A stretch of DNA of 64,000 bases from Takakia lepidozioides (Eukaryota > Plantae > Bryophyta): assembly GCA_030704615.1 (NCBI GenBank), contig CM060734.1:37448001-37512000 (forward strand). Reading direction: 5' to 3'. Below, piece after piece: positions 26,501 through 38,200 of this stretch. Both the position numbers and the translations under genes were made by a program. How positions within the stretch are numbered: the first letter of the stretch is position 1; every line of letters starts with the position of its first letter. A model generated the notes under the pieces. The model had not been told where the DNA came from, did not search any database, and was given only the letters and a program-made list of their open reading frames with translations.

Positions 26501-26601
26501 GGCAGGCAGAATTTGAAAAAAGGTAATCGACATTGAGTGAGGAATGGAGAAGGGAGGCGGGCCCATTGTTACCTGGGTTTTATAGACCCGCTCCGTTTCA
26601 T
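23514..26601 (-). CDS. I-2: Protein phosphatase 1 inhibitor-2 (IPP-2 family), 4 exons, 200 aa
   Basis: Exons 26601-26573, 25170-25058, 24483-24295 and 23785-23514 are phase-consistent and total 603 nt. Motifs: GRVIWDEENL (RVxW), KITEPKTPY, GWTSSEDE and FEEHRRIHYDEY. Confidence 0.93.
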
Positions 26602-28928
26602 TCCTTTGTCTTCTCAGAACCTGGAGGCAGAGACATCTGGCGATCTAATGCCCCAACCCCACCTCCCCTTCCACAAATGCGCCCCCGTGCTCTGCTGCCA
26701 AACCCGCCCCAGCCCCCGCAAAGCAAATGCCAAAAGTACACTTAGCTTTAGAACAAAATCCGCCCGCAATAAAAACCCGCAACAAATTGTATGCCAGAAA
26801 CAGAGAGACCCAGAAAGAAAATCCCCCACCAGCGTCCGGCAGACAAACCAGCAGAGCGAGAAAAGAGTGTCGTTTTCTAAAACAGAAGAGCAGATACTAC
26901 AGTCACTTGTCTATCTCGGCCAGATGTATTCGACGGCCGCCACCCGACACAAGACACAATCCCACACTAACACACAAATCCCAGGCAGCAATCAACCCCC
27001 ATACAAAATCTAGGCACAGCGCCTTCACCTCCCGCACACGTCCCAGGACAAATCTCCATACCGATGAGCCAACAGTTGCCGGACAACTCACCAGCCGAGT
27101 GCCCCAGAGGGCCGCCCAATAAAGCAAGAAAGACAAACTCCAAATGGAAACCAGCAAACTCAGAACAAAGCCCTTGAACAGCCAATAAGGCAGCGATCCA
27201 ATACCCACCGCAACGTCCCAGTAGTGCCTGGGCGGCGGCGCCCTTCCCCCACCTAGATCCAGTGCCTTCTCCACAGCGCAATGAGGTTCTCTTATTCCAG
27301 ACCTTGATTCGCCTTCCTAATAATTCCTTCTCAAATCTGTTTTGAATTGGATCTCTTCATCCTGAACTGTACAAGACCCAACTGTGTATGTGCCCAAAGT
27401 TTTTGTTGCCAAGAATTGACCCTCGCAGGTGCACCATGCAAGCCAGCAGAGGAGAGGACGGTGCCAAGGAGGGTTAGAAGAGGGGTGAGGGAGAGGGAGT
27501 TTTGTAACAAGCGTCACCGTGGGTCCAGGCAGATCTGAACCGTACTTTAGTCAGCGAGAGACGGTGACAGGTTATCCACCGAATTCTTGCGATCCCACGG
27601 TATTTCTTGAATAGTTTTCCTTTCACCAATAGTCACACTTTCAAGAAAGCCGCACAGTGCAAAGAAAACTTGCGTATTAGAAGGTACTACAAAGGTACCG
27701 AAAGATTAACAAGGGAGGGACAGGAATCTTACTGCCGTGATGGAGTTGGAAGCGCCTTCAAGTTCGTCTTGACTTTCTTTCTTTCTCGTTAGTGAATAAA
27801 GCTATGCATCGAAGCAGACACGCGACCTCGGAGGACCTCATCTTCATTGAGATTTTAGTTCCGCAGTCAAGGGCCATGGGCCGCTTTACAGCGTGCTACG
27901 TCATTCAGGTGCCCAAGAGAGCTCAATTTAATTTTTTGTGGCAAGGGATGATGGAGCTTGGGGAACTTTGGAAATTCTTGTGTTATTGCTAACAAGTGTA
28001 GACTGTCTGACGAACATGGTCGCTCACACTTCAGTAGTTCAGTTGGGTTCTCAATCGAGTTTGATGTCCTGAAGAAGAACATCGATTTTTCTTGGAGTTT
28101 TGGTGGGTATCAAACTGGGCGCAATGATATCAGGTTTGGCACGTCCACTATCCGATCAACACTTGCTTTCTGATGAAGTACCGGGAGATTAGAGGAAAAA
28201 TGGCAAGGATGTGAAGGGAGGAGGCACTGCACATTCTGGATGTAATGCTGGAACAACCAAGCTTTGGAACATGAGGTGCTCGTCGTGATTGCGTGTGTGC
28301 TAAGACGAACGCCACAGTAACTCCTTGCTATACGTAGAAATTGACAAAGGCTTTTCAAGAATTTTCTGCACATGCAACGATAACTGAAGGCAATCGCGGC
28401 CAATTTTATTCAGCACTGCCATCCTCAACGCCTGGCCAACCGAACAGCCTTGGAGACGGTCAGGTGGTTGAAGGGAATGGGCTGTGCAAGTGTTGACGAT
28501 CAACGGACACAATCCGATAGCAGTACCTGGTGTGCTCTGAAGGAGGCCACTGTAGACTGTAGGAATATCCTTTTCAGTGATGTCAAAGTCCACCCAGCCA
28601 CTCAAACTTAACTTGTGAGCTTCTATGGGAAAGGGGGAGGTGTCTCTAGGGGCTTACAGGGAGTGGAGACTTAAGAGACAGAGAATTCAACCGATGGGCG
28701 GGTTGGGATCTGTGAAATAACTTCCAGTCACAATGGATAAAATAGGCGAGTTAGCATTTTGTTCTATATCAGAGTGGCATTGCTTTAAGATCAGTTTCGA
28801 GTGCAAGATTTCAATTAAGACTAGAAGCTTGCATGGATGTAATTGTGAATGTTGGTGATGTCTGCAGGAAATCTGGGTCATGAGATCAATACAAGGAAGC
28901 GCAATGGTGGACATAAAGTACTGATGTA

Positions 28929-29249
28929 CTAGCGTTTGGCTTTTTGCTCCTCATTTTCTCGCTTGCGTTGTTTTTCTTCTTCAACCAGCCTGTCCTTCCA
29001 CTCTTGAGTAAGATGGAAATGGAAGCAATCCTGACACTCATATAAGCCCTTTACCACCCACCACTTCAAGTGGTGTGCCAGGCAACTCCTGCATTTGATA
29101 AAACCTCCCCATGGATCAATAGGCTCATCACACGGATCTTCCTCTATCACTTCATCATCTGTCGCCTCAGGGTCGAAAGGAGGTTCCCCTTCACATACAA
29201 ATGCTTTGATCTTGAGATTGAAAATGTCATATCCTGTCAACACTTCCAT
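28929..29249 (-). CDS. Terminal exon of the SPAG17-like gene: end of PapD-like domain plus CxxC-CxxC tail
   Basis: TTGCAG acceptor in phase 0 with exon 30105-30034. Reads MEVLTGYDIFNLKIKAFV, an acidic linker, CRSC..CQDC, then a charged helix. Confidence 0.7.
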   Translation of the reverse strand: MEVLTGYDIFNLKIKAFVCEGEPPFDPEATDDEVIEEDPCDEPIDPWGGFIKCRSCLAHHLKWWVVKGLYECQDCFHFHLTQEWKDRLVEEEKQRKRENEEQKAKR

Positions 29250-32200
29250 CTGCAAACGAAACAGCAACTCAACAATTTGTGTTCATGTTTCTGTGCTAGT
29301 TGTTGGTTTTATCGTTGATGAATTTGCCATGGAATTGATATCCTTTCTCAATCCTTTACTGAAAAGAGAAAAAGATAAAAAAAGAGAGTTTATTAGCTTG
29401 CCTAGCCAACTTGCTGTGGGGTTCAGTACCGAGCAGAGAGATTTATTGAGAGATGTGAAAGGCTCAACTAGATCATGCTCAGATCATCAACAGGAGCAAT
29501 TTGTTTGAGATCACTGGCGCTCTACAAAATGTCTTTGACTGCTTAGTAAGAACCTGCTGAACCCTGTTTTGTATAGGCTGAACAGATCCACAGTTATTGG
29601 TTACAGCCCAGCAACCTTAATGGGAGTGCATCAATTTCTGTGAGGTAGCTCTAAACTGGTGTATCGCCAGCATTCAACAGGGGTGATCTCCACTGTCTTC
29701 ACAGTCTTGTCTGCAAAGTGGTTACTGACAATGCTTTGCTGTAGTACTTTGGTGGTCGTCTATGGGAAAGAGCAAGGCTCAGCAGAAGACGAACTCCTGC
29801 TGCTAGGAAGTCAGCTTGCTTTTAGGCAGTCAGGAGAGGATAGTCATGTTAACCACAAACTTTCATCGACGGTTTACGCCTTGCTCCAGCACAAGTGGCA
29901 TGCCCTCTGAGGCTTTAGTTCACCTCAAAAGGCATTTAGATGCTTCGGGTGACACATGAGAGGAAGTTTTGTTGCAAACAGAGAGGTTTCAGGGAGAAGT
30001 GAGAGGAACTGTGACTTCATGTGGAGGTCGTACCTCACTTCTGTGGGGACCAAGTACTGAGGCACGGAAATTAACGCGGATGACTGTATACATTCCGGGC
30101 GCAACCTACACCTCAAGCACTTTGTGTTGTCGGATTCACAAAAAAGATCAAGTACTGAACTTGTGCGGAATTGCAATAAATATGTAGATGACAGATTTGC
30201 CAATTGCACATTTTGTTTATGTCTGATGGGAGGTCTTTCAAAGTTCACATCAGGTGCTGAACACCGACTAAGACAAGATCCGAGGTAACGTGAACAGGGT
30301 TTACCAAGCCATGATAATAGTGAACTTTGACAGAGAGGCGGTCCAGTTTTTGAATGTGAAATCGACCGCCTTCATGGCCATGGAAGTTTTGTAGTATAGC
30401 TATCTGCCAGACATCATGATGCTGAATTATTTGCTACAACATGCTAAAATCTTAGCAGCGACTGCACACTATATATACATCATGTTCCCAGGAACAGACA
30501 ATAGATACAGAACCATTGTTTCAACTACAAGATCCAAGACATGCCTTCATACTCCTTAGCCATCTCAATGGTTAGTTTGCATTTGGAGAGATTGTCTGGT
30601 TGCTGACCCTGTCTGGATAGGCATTTCTTGATGTGTAAAGGTTGTGAGAGGGAAAGGTGTTGCCTGTGTTTCTTGCAACAAGAAAGACAACTAGAAAGTA
30701 GGGTGTGTACAGCTGACCTTCATTTTCATGGTGCCAAGTTGGACTGTTCTGAAGTCAAGAACGTTGGGCATCAAGCGGAACTGATGGGACAACCATTCTT
30801 CAGGGGGGTTTTCTCGCAGTCGCAACAACTCCATTGATGTGACATGCATGATGATTTGATTCACTTCTTCCCTCTCAATATATTTTTGGTTTGGCCTCCA
30901 GTTGGCTACACAACAGCTGCAATTAATTACCACCACAACTATGTCAATTTTTTCCCAATCTTTTGCCTCTGCTGGATGCAAAGGAATGACATCATCTCAT
31001 TACCTTATCCTCATGAGGTTTGACTAACTTTGCATCCTTACCATCACAATCATGCATATATGTTGGGTCCCTTTTGCATGGGCCGGCACTTCACTAGTGA
31101 GAAAATGAGAAACAGGACAAGAGAGAGCAACACATGCTACTCACTAAACCTTGTGGGCATAGACAATGAGCTCATTTAGAGCAGCAGTGGAACAATCTCT
31201 CTGCTAGAGATTAGTGAAGGGCTTCTAAATATGCCCAAAAAGGGTCTCCACTAGACAGTCTGTTTGCAATCAATAGAAAACTTACAGTGAGGCCCATGCC
31301 TTTGGCATTATCTCTAGCAACTTTTGGCAGACTAATCGCATCTTAGCATGGCCTAACAGCACCAAGTCAAACCTACAGTGGAAAAGATAGCATTTTCTCA
31401 ATTGCGTTTTTGTAAGAAATACTGTCCAGGGATTGGAAGCCATCTGCAACATCTGCATGCACATGGAACAGATGGCTTGTCTTTTGCCACATGGGCTGAG
31501 CTTATATTTTAGATGAAAGCCAGCTCAATTTCACCCAATACTTGGACCTTGACTCTACATGCATAACAGAAGGACTGTACTCTCACAACTGTACACTCCG
31601 CAGGTATGCTGCAACAATAACAGAAACTTGTGTATTGATGTGAATTCTGTGTCAGACCGTCCAAAGTCTGAAGGAAACACCACATCCATTGATGTTCTTT
31701 TCATAGAGAAAATTGTAAGTATATCATACACAGGGAAGACATACATACGGCCTTTTGAAGATCTTCGCTCTTTGCACAATTTCCCAGTCATAGTCAAATT
31801 CCTGTGGGACCATCCAGTTTGGTAGAAGTGCCTTCAATGACTTTTCAGCCTGCACAGTACCATTTCGTGGTACAGGAGAAGATAAGACATTCTTTGCTGT
31901 AGCCTTGTGGCTATAGACCCAAAAGAGAATGTACTCATAAGACGTTGTCTGCCATAGCCTTGTGGCCATTGACCCATAAGACTCATAAGAGAGAAGAAAT
32001 GAAATGAAATGAAATGAAATGGTACTTTATAACGTCCGCGGAAAGCTCATAGAGCTTATGGGACAAAATGGAAACATGAGAGAGGAACAAGTCCAGAAAC
32101 CACAATTAATGTTCTAGCGAATGTCGAAGGGTGAAGGCCCCGTGCAGGTAGGCTGCCAAGCATTTTTGATCCTCATAGTGGAAGACATCAGTGAGAGTTT

Positions 32201-35200
32201 GGGTTCCACTGAATAAACAGTGGAATCTCCCACGGATCTCGTAGTATAGAGGGCAGTAGAAGAAGAAGTGTTCTTCAGTTTCGATTTCCTATGCAAGCTG
32301 GACATAGGCGGTCCTCCCGTTGCAGGTTTTCCCATCTGCCAGTCTCTATCCGTAGGTTGTGGGAACCCACCCTGAACCGCCCCAATGCCCTCAGGAGGGA
32401 AGGAGATAAGGATGCTGAAAGGTAATTTGGTCTCAAGATTCTATTGTCGCGGAGCACCAAGAATGTCTCTCGATAGAAGTGGAGCTTTGTTGTGAGATTG
32501 GGTAGCTTCCAAGTTCTCTGGACATGTAATTCCATAAGCTCTCTCCTAATGAGTCTGTTGCGGTCATGTCTGGACGTGATGTCCACCTCATCTGGATTCA
32601 TTGGTAATAGGAAAGCAGTAGAAAGTCCGTTACGTTGAAATAAACTGTCCACTCGAGCATACCAGGAGTTCCTGAAACCTGCAGCTTTGAGCCTCATAGA
32701 TGTTGTGAGGGCCCTTGCCATGAGCCCCTTGGGTGGAAGGGCCTGTAATCTATGGAGAAAGATTGTAAGCCGGAAGAGGGCCTCGGATTGCAATGGTACA
32801 CATGCGAACTCTGCCCCTAGGATCTGAGATGGAGTTGTGCTTCTGGCGCCAAGCATTGCTTGGAGAAAAGATGACTGTAATGGCTCCAAATTCTTTTCCC
32901 ACCAGGAGACAGGGACACCAGAGAGAAAGAAAGACAGACTTTATTGTCCAAAGAGAGTCCCAAGGGAGAGTATGTCCATGGGAGACCCAAGGGACACAAG
33001 TAGAACAGCACAGTAGAACCACATATGACAATGAAAGAGTTAAACTTCGGAGGATGGAAATGCGGGTGAGGTAGTGCACCCTCCAGGATTTGAAGTCATA
33101 AACCTGTGCATCCAATGCATGGTCGTGACATGCCTGGTTGAAGGATTATTCTCTGCGATAATTCTCTGCAAAACTTTATAACATCCATAGATACAGAGAA
33201 ATATGGCTTCAAAAGAGAAATATGGAAGGTGAGTCCTGTGAAATCCCATTGTGCACATAGGGTTCAACAACAGTCAGATCTCACTATCCTTTACCTCCCT
33301 TTGAGCCTGGAGTTCATCTCGTGTGGCTTGCTTTTGGATTTCCTCTGTTGGTTCTGGAGACCCAACGACAGCTTTCTTTGGTTCCTCAAAAACAAAAGGT
33401 ACCTGCAACATGGAGACATTACCCAGCTGTCATTCCACTATCATTGTGACTTGACTTGCCTTCTTTGGACCATATCCCATCTCCAAACCCAGTACTTTAC
33501 CACAATTTATTGCATTGGCATCAGCATCCAGCTCCATCCAACGAACTTGGCTCTTGTTCTCGCTTGCTTGGCGAGTTTCCAGCACTAGACTGAACTCCCT
33601 TGGCAGTGTTTGTTCAAAGACACTGACTAACTTGTAACACCGAAAAACATGTAAGGATTGCAGACACAATTTGTCTGAATGATCCTGTTGCAACATACGT
33701 TGGCTCATACCAAAGGCTTTAAATTTTGGCGAGATGGCCATGTTGGGATAACCATTATAGAATACTCTAGACTAACTTCTTTATCTTTCAATGACTACAA
33801 ATTAAAACTGGATTACCTGTTCCTTATGTGTCAAAGTGTTGGCCATGAAGCATGACATTGGGTTTTTTCATTCATTCTTTAGGCTTTCTTGTCCCAGATA
33901 TTTCATCCTTTGGGCAGCCATGGAAGTGCTCCACCAGCTGTGCGGTCTAGGTGAACATAGCCCCCTGTTCTCATAATAAGAAAACTACAGTGCATGCAAT
34001 GCAAAATGGATCACATATTAAGTTAATGCTTTGCAGTCCAAAAAGAGAAGATATATTATGTCCAAGGCCTTAAGGACCTTTGGGACAAAAAGAATGCCCA
34101 TCTCTCATACCTCCACCTTGACGCGGGTCGTGGGCGGTGCAGATTCTTTTGGAGATGGCAGTGGCGGTGGTTGCAATATTGGCTTTGGCACCATAGGTCT
34201 GATCTCACGCACCGGCTGTATGGGATGGTTAAGTTAAGATGAAGTAAGGAAAACATATGAAAAATCTATAATGTCCATGGGACAGTAGAAATCAAAGTCG
34301 GACCACTGAAACCAAAGAACAAGTAAACTCCAAAATTGCATGATGACAGTGTGCTTCATGTAGGAAAGACATTCAGTACTTTGGTCCATATAACGAGTTT
34401 TCTGTTAGGGAGAGAAATCACTCAAGACACCAGTCTCAGAGAAAGAAAGAAACATAGTAAGGTCCACAGACGGCCATGAGAGCCCATGAGGCAAGGTGCA
34501 ACTAACTTCAGAATAGTATGAAATCTACAGGGAGCCCTCAGGGGACGTAAGTACAACACTACAGCAGAGATGAAATGACATGGTACTTTATGACGACCAT
34601 GGAAAGCTCAAAGAGCTTATGGGACAACAGGGAAAAACAAGAAAGAAGAGAAGAGAAAGAAAGAAAGCGACAAAGCAAGAAACTTTATATCGTCCACCAG
34701 ACATCCATGTGACAAGGTAGACAAAACCAAGGAAACCCTTTTACATCCACAGGGAGACGTGTGAAGGGATCAGATCAGGTGGCACACTCCCCCATCCCCT
34801 GAAGAAAGAGATCGCAAATCTCCTTTGAGTCCAAATAGTACCTTCTTGGGAGGTTCCGGTATTTTCTCCTGCAGTATGGAGGACCACCATATTAAAGCCA
34901 ATTGTTCGGCCTCTCAATCAGTAATGGAGGGGGAATACACTTATCCAGAAAGAATGCAATGCAGAGGACTGAAAGCATGGGAAATCTACTCTAGCACCAA
35001 TTACAAGCCTTAGTTGAGCCATACGTAAGTCATCTTCTTTTCAAGTCAATGATCCTACAAAAAGCAACAAGTTCTACAAGGAAGAAGGTCAACTCCTTCC
35101 GAAGCAAGCATAACTTATGGTGTCACGTCATCCTGAAGGGCTACTGCCTTCTGTTTGGAAGGTGGACACCCAAAGATCTACGAAACTGCATTTCACAACA

Positions 35201-38200
35201 AGATCAAATCCAAATCTAGGAACATGACTCTAGGAGTCGACAATTTCACTCTCAACGGGTTTTCCAAGGCGGATTGAAAGAACTGCGCAATCCCACCTTG
35301 GATCTCCTCAACCACATCTCTTGAGCCTGCGTACTGAGTTGGATTTGGCGCAAATTTCTTTAGGAATTCCCCAGCTAGTATGACTGCTTCTGTGTCAGCT
35401 ACATTTAAATCCATAGATAGGATCGGATCACCCACACCACCGAACTATGTATGGTTTGTGTAAACAGTGCAATAGCGGTGAATTAAGGATACAAACGTTT
35501 ACTTCCCGAATCGCGCCCACCAATGGCCAGGTTTGGTGATGTAATAACGAGAACTACCGGTTATCCCAAAAACTTAAACTTAGTAAACGTACCAGTGCAA
35601 CGTGGTTGCCCAGACCTCTCCCAGGGACTTGAAAGTCCACACATGAGGTGGCCGACCCAGCGACCCCCCTTCCATAGCTGGGTTGGCTATAATAGGTGAC
35701 AACATACACCTATGTGGCTTTGAGAACCCAGTACCAAGTAAGGCGGTCTTGTGGCCTAACCACTGGGCCATCTGTTGGATGGCTGGACTGTTAGTTGTTG
35801 CCTTGCATGCCACTCACTAAATTTAAAGAACACTATTCAAATACGGTGGCGCAAAGTCCAACTGCCTTGTGGATGTTACTCATATGGTCTTGCAGATTGA
35901 CAAGGAAGTAGGCCAAAATCTCCTCTGCAGTTGCTGCACAATTGTGAACTATCAGCAATAACAAACTCTAGAAAATGATGACTGAGCCTGGGCAAAGGAG
36001 AGAGAAGAGAAATAGGGAAACAAAGAGCTTCAAAAAGTCCATAGAAAGCCATAAAAGCTTATGCAAGATGGCACAAACCTTTGGGGGTGGGAAATCAAAG
36101 AGACAACCCTCTTCTGATTCTGTTGAAGAGCTGTAGTCAGGCTCCAGATCTTTACATGTTGGATCCTTTGGTTTTTGCTGCACATACAATTCTCTCAGTG
36201 ACTGAACCTTATGACACTCTGAGGGCAACAAGAAACTCACATCATATGTTTGTCTTTTATTCATTCATTCACTCTTTATTTCTTCTGCACGTATGTTATA
36301 TTACATGCTGGTGAACATTCCTAGGGTTGACTCATCAATTGCTTAACCTGTTTCAGGACTCTAAGAAATAATGGGAGGAAAGGGATGACACAGGAGATGA
36401 TAACACATACAATTTTGGCAAAGATTTTTTTGCAAAATTCAGCATCTGCCTTTTCCTTTGCAGCTTCTTTAGCTTTCACAGCTTCCCCTGTTAAATCCTG
36501 TCATAAGGAAATTCATGCGGATGTGACTTATTGTACTGAAACTAACGTCGCACATGATATAACCCTTAGGTGTGATGCAATCCTCATTTAATCTTAATAT
36601 TCTTAAAAGGTTAAATTCGCTCAATGGATGCCTTGGCATTGTCTAAGCACTTTAGGTCCTTATAACTAAACACAACTGCCAGAGACGAGGAATTGTTATA
36701 AATGCAGAACTCCAAGAACACATAGTAGGTAGGGCAGGAGAACAACAACCGATGTTCGTTCTCCCTGCTGGTTGCGACAAATCTAGTCCTCACAACGCAT
36801 TCTAACATCATAATCTTAAACAACGCAACAAGATCCCCACCATGTATCCCTCGCAGACAAATCTTTCATCTTTTGTCTCCATCTGCAAAGTGAGAAAACC
36901 TGACTTGGAAGTTTCCCAAAGCCCTCATGAAGTATATGGGGAACCTAGCAGAGAAGTATGAAGACATGGTTATGTGGTTCACTTCAATAACAAGGAGGGT
37001 GACCTTGTTCTTGTGTGACAGCTGGCTCATTGTTCCCTATGCCCTGTTGCACATGGAACGTTCTGATGTCACCTATTCCTGTCCTGCTTGGTAGGTACAA
37101 TATCTGGTGGTGGATCGAAGGGGGAAAGGAAGAGAAACTGGGACCTACCTCAACCTTTTTCATCATAACTGAGAACATGCCCGTGAGTTCGTCTTCTTCT
37201 GCTTTGGTCAAATCCTGGTATTGACTGCTATGGATAGAGCCCTTTGGTGAGGGCGGCAAAGTCTCGATTGACCACCGCCTTGAGTCTCCCTCTTTCTGTA
37301 ACATGTGAACATGTTGAGACCGTGTTTACTTTCGATAATTACACATGAGCTTTTATTTTTCCTTCATAGATCAATCATGTTCATAGAGTCTGCAGAAAGC
37401 TCAAGACTTATGGGACAAAAGTGGGCAAGGAAGAAGGAAAACATGGGGCCAAATAGAAGCCAAAAATCTACTCTTGTCCCATCAACAGTTTCAGTAATTC
37501 TCTTCACTTAGAATGTACTCATAAGACATTGTTTGCTGTAGCCTTGCCCGCGCCCAGATTGAGCGGAACACTCTTTTCATATAGAGAAATTCTCTATGGT
37601 TGAAAGAAATAAAATGGAACTCTATAACTTCCGCAGAAAGCTCAAAGGGCTTATGGGACAAAAGAAAAGCAGGAATAAGAAATAGAACAAAAGACAAAGA
37701 GTGACGCAACTACTGCTCAAGGGACTGCCTAAGGGTCAAAGCTTCGGCTGAAATGAACTGGTAGTTTATAACGTCTGCGGAAAGCTCAAGAAACGAAACG
37801 AAATGAAATGGTGCTTTACAACGTCCGCGGAAAGCTCATAGAGCTTATGGGACAAAATGGAAGAAAACATGAGAGAGGAATAAAACCAGAACCCAAGAAT
37901 AAGAACTAATGTTCTAGCGATTGTCTAAGGGTGAAGGCCTCGTGCAGGTAGGCTGCCAAGCATTTTTTATCCTCATAGTGGAAGACTTCAGTGAGAGATT
38001 GGGTTCCACTGAATAAATAGTGGAGAGAAAACGAAATGAGACCCTATCTCTACTTCCTGGAAGGTATAGAGAGGATGAGTCTAGCCTCAGGGATTGCATC
38101 CTTTCATCGCCAAATCTCAATCCGTGGAGAACTACCTTGGAAGGTAAGGTCCTCATGAGAGAGGATCGCAGAGAGAAATGAAATGAAATGGTGCTTTATA

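Noticed and set aside
27340-27420. LHPELYKTQLC resembling a CCCH zinc-finger lead-in
   Set aside because: Flanked by a stop and lacks the following C-x5-C-x3-H; probably chance.
28000-28610. Coding-like minus frames between SPAG17 and I-2
   Set aside because: Multiple stops, no motif and no consistent splice model.
35720-35775. Second SINE-like A box (TGGCCCAGTGG, minus strand)
   Set aside because: The B box is poor and no tail or TSD is seen.
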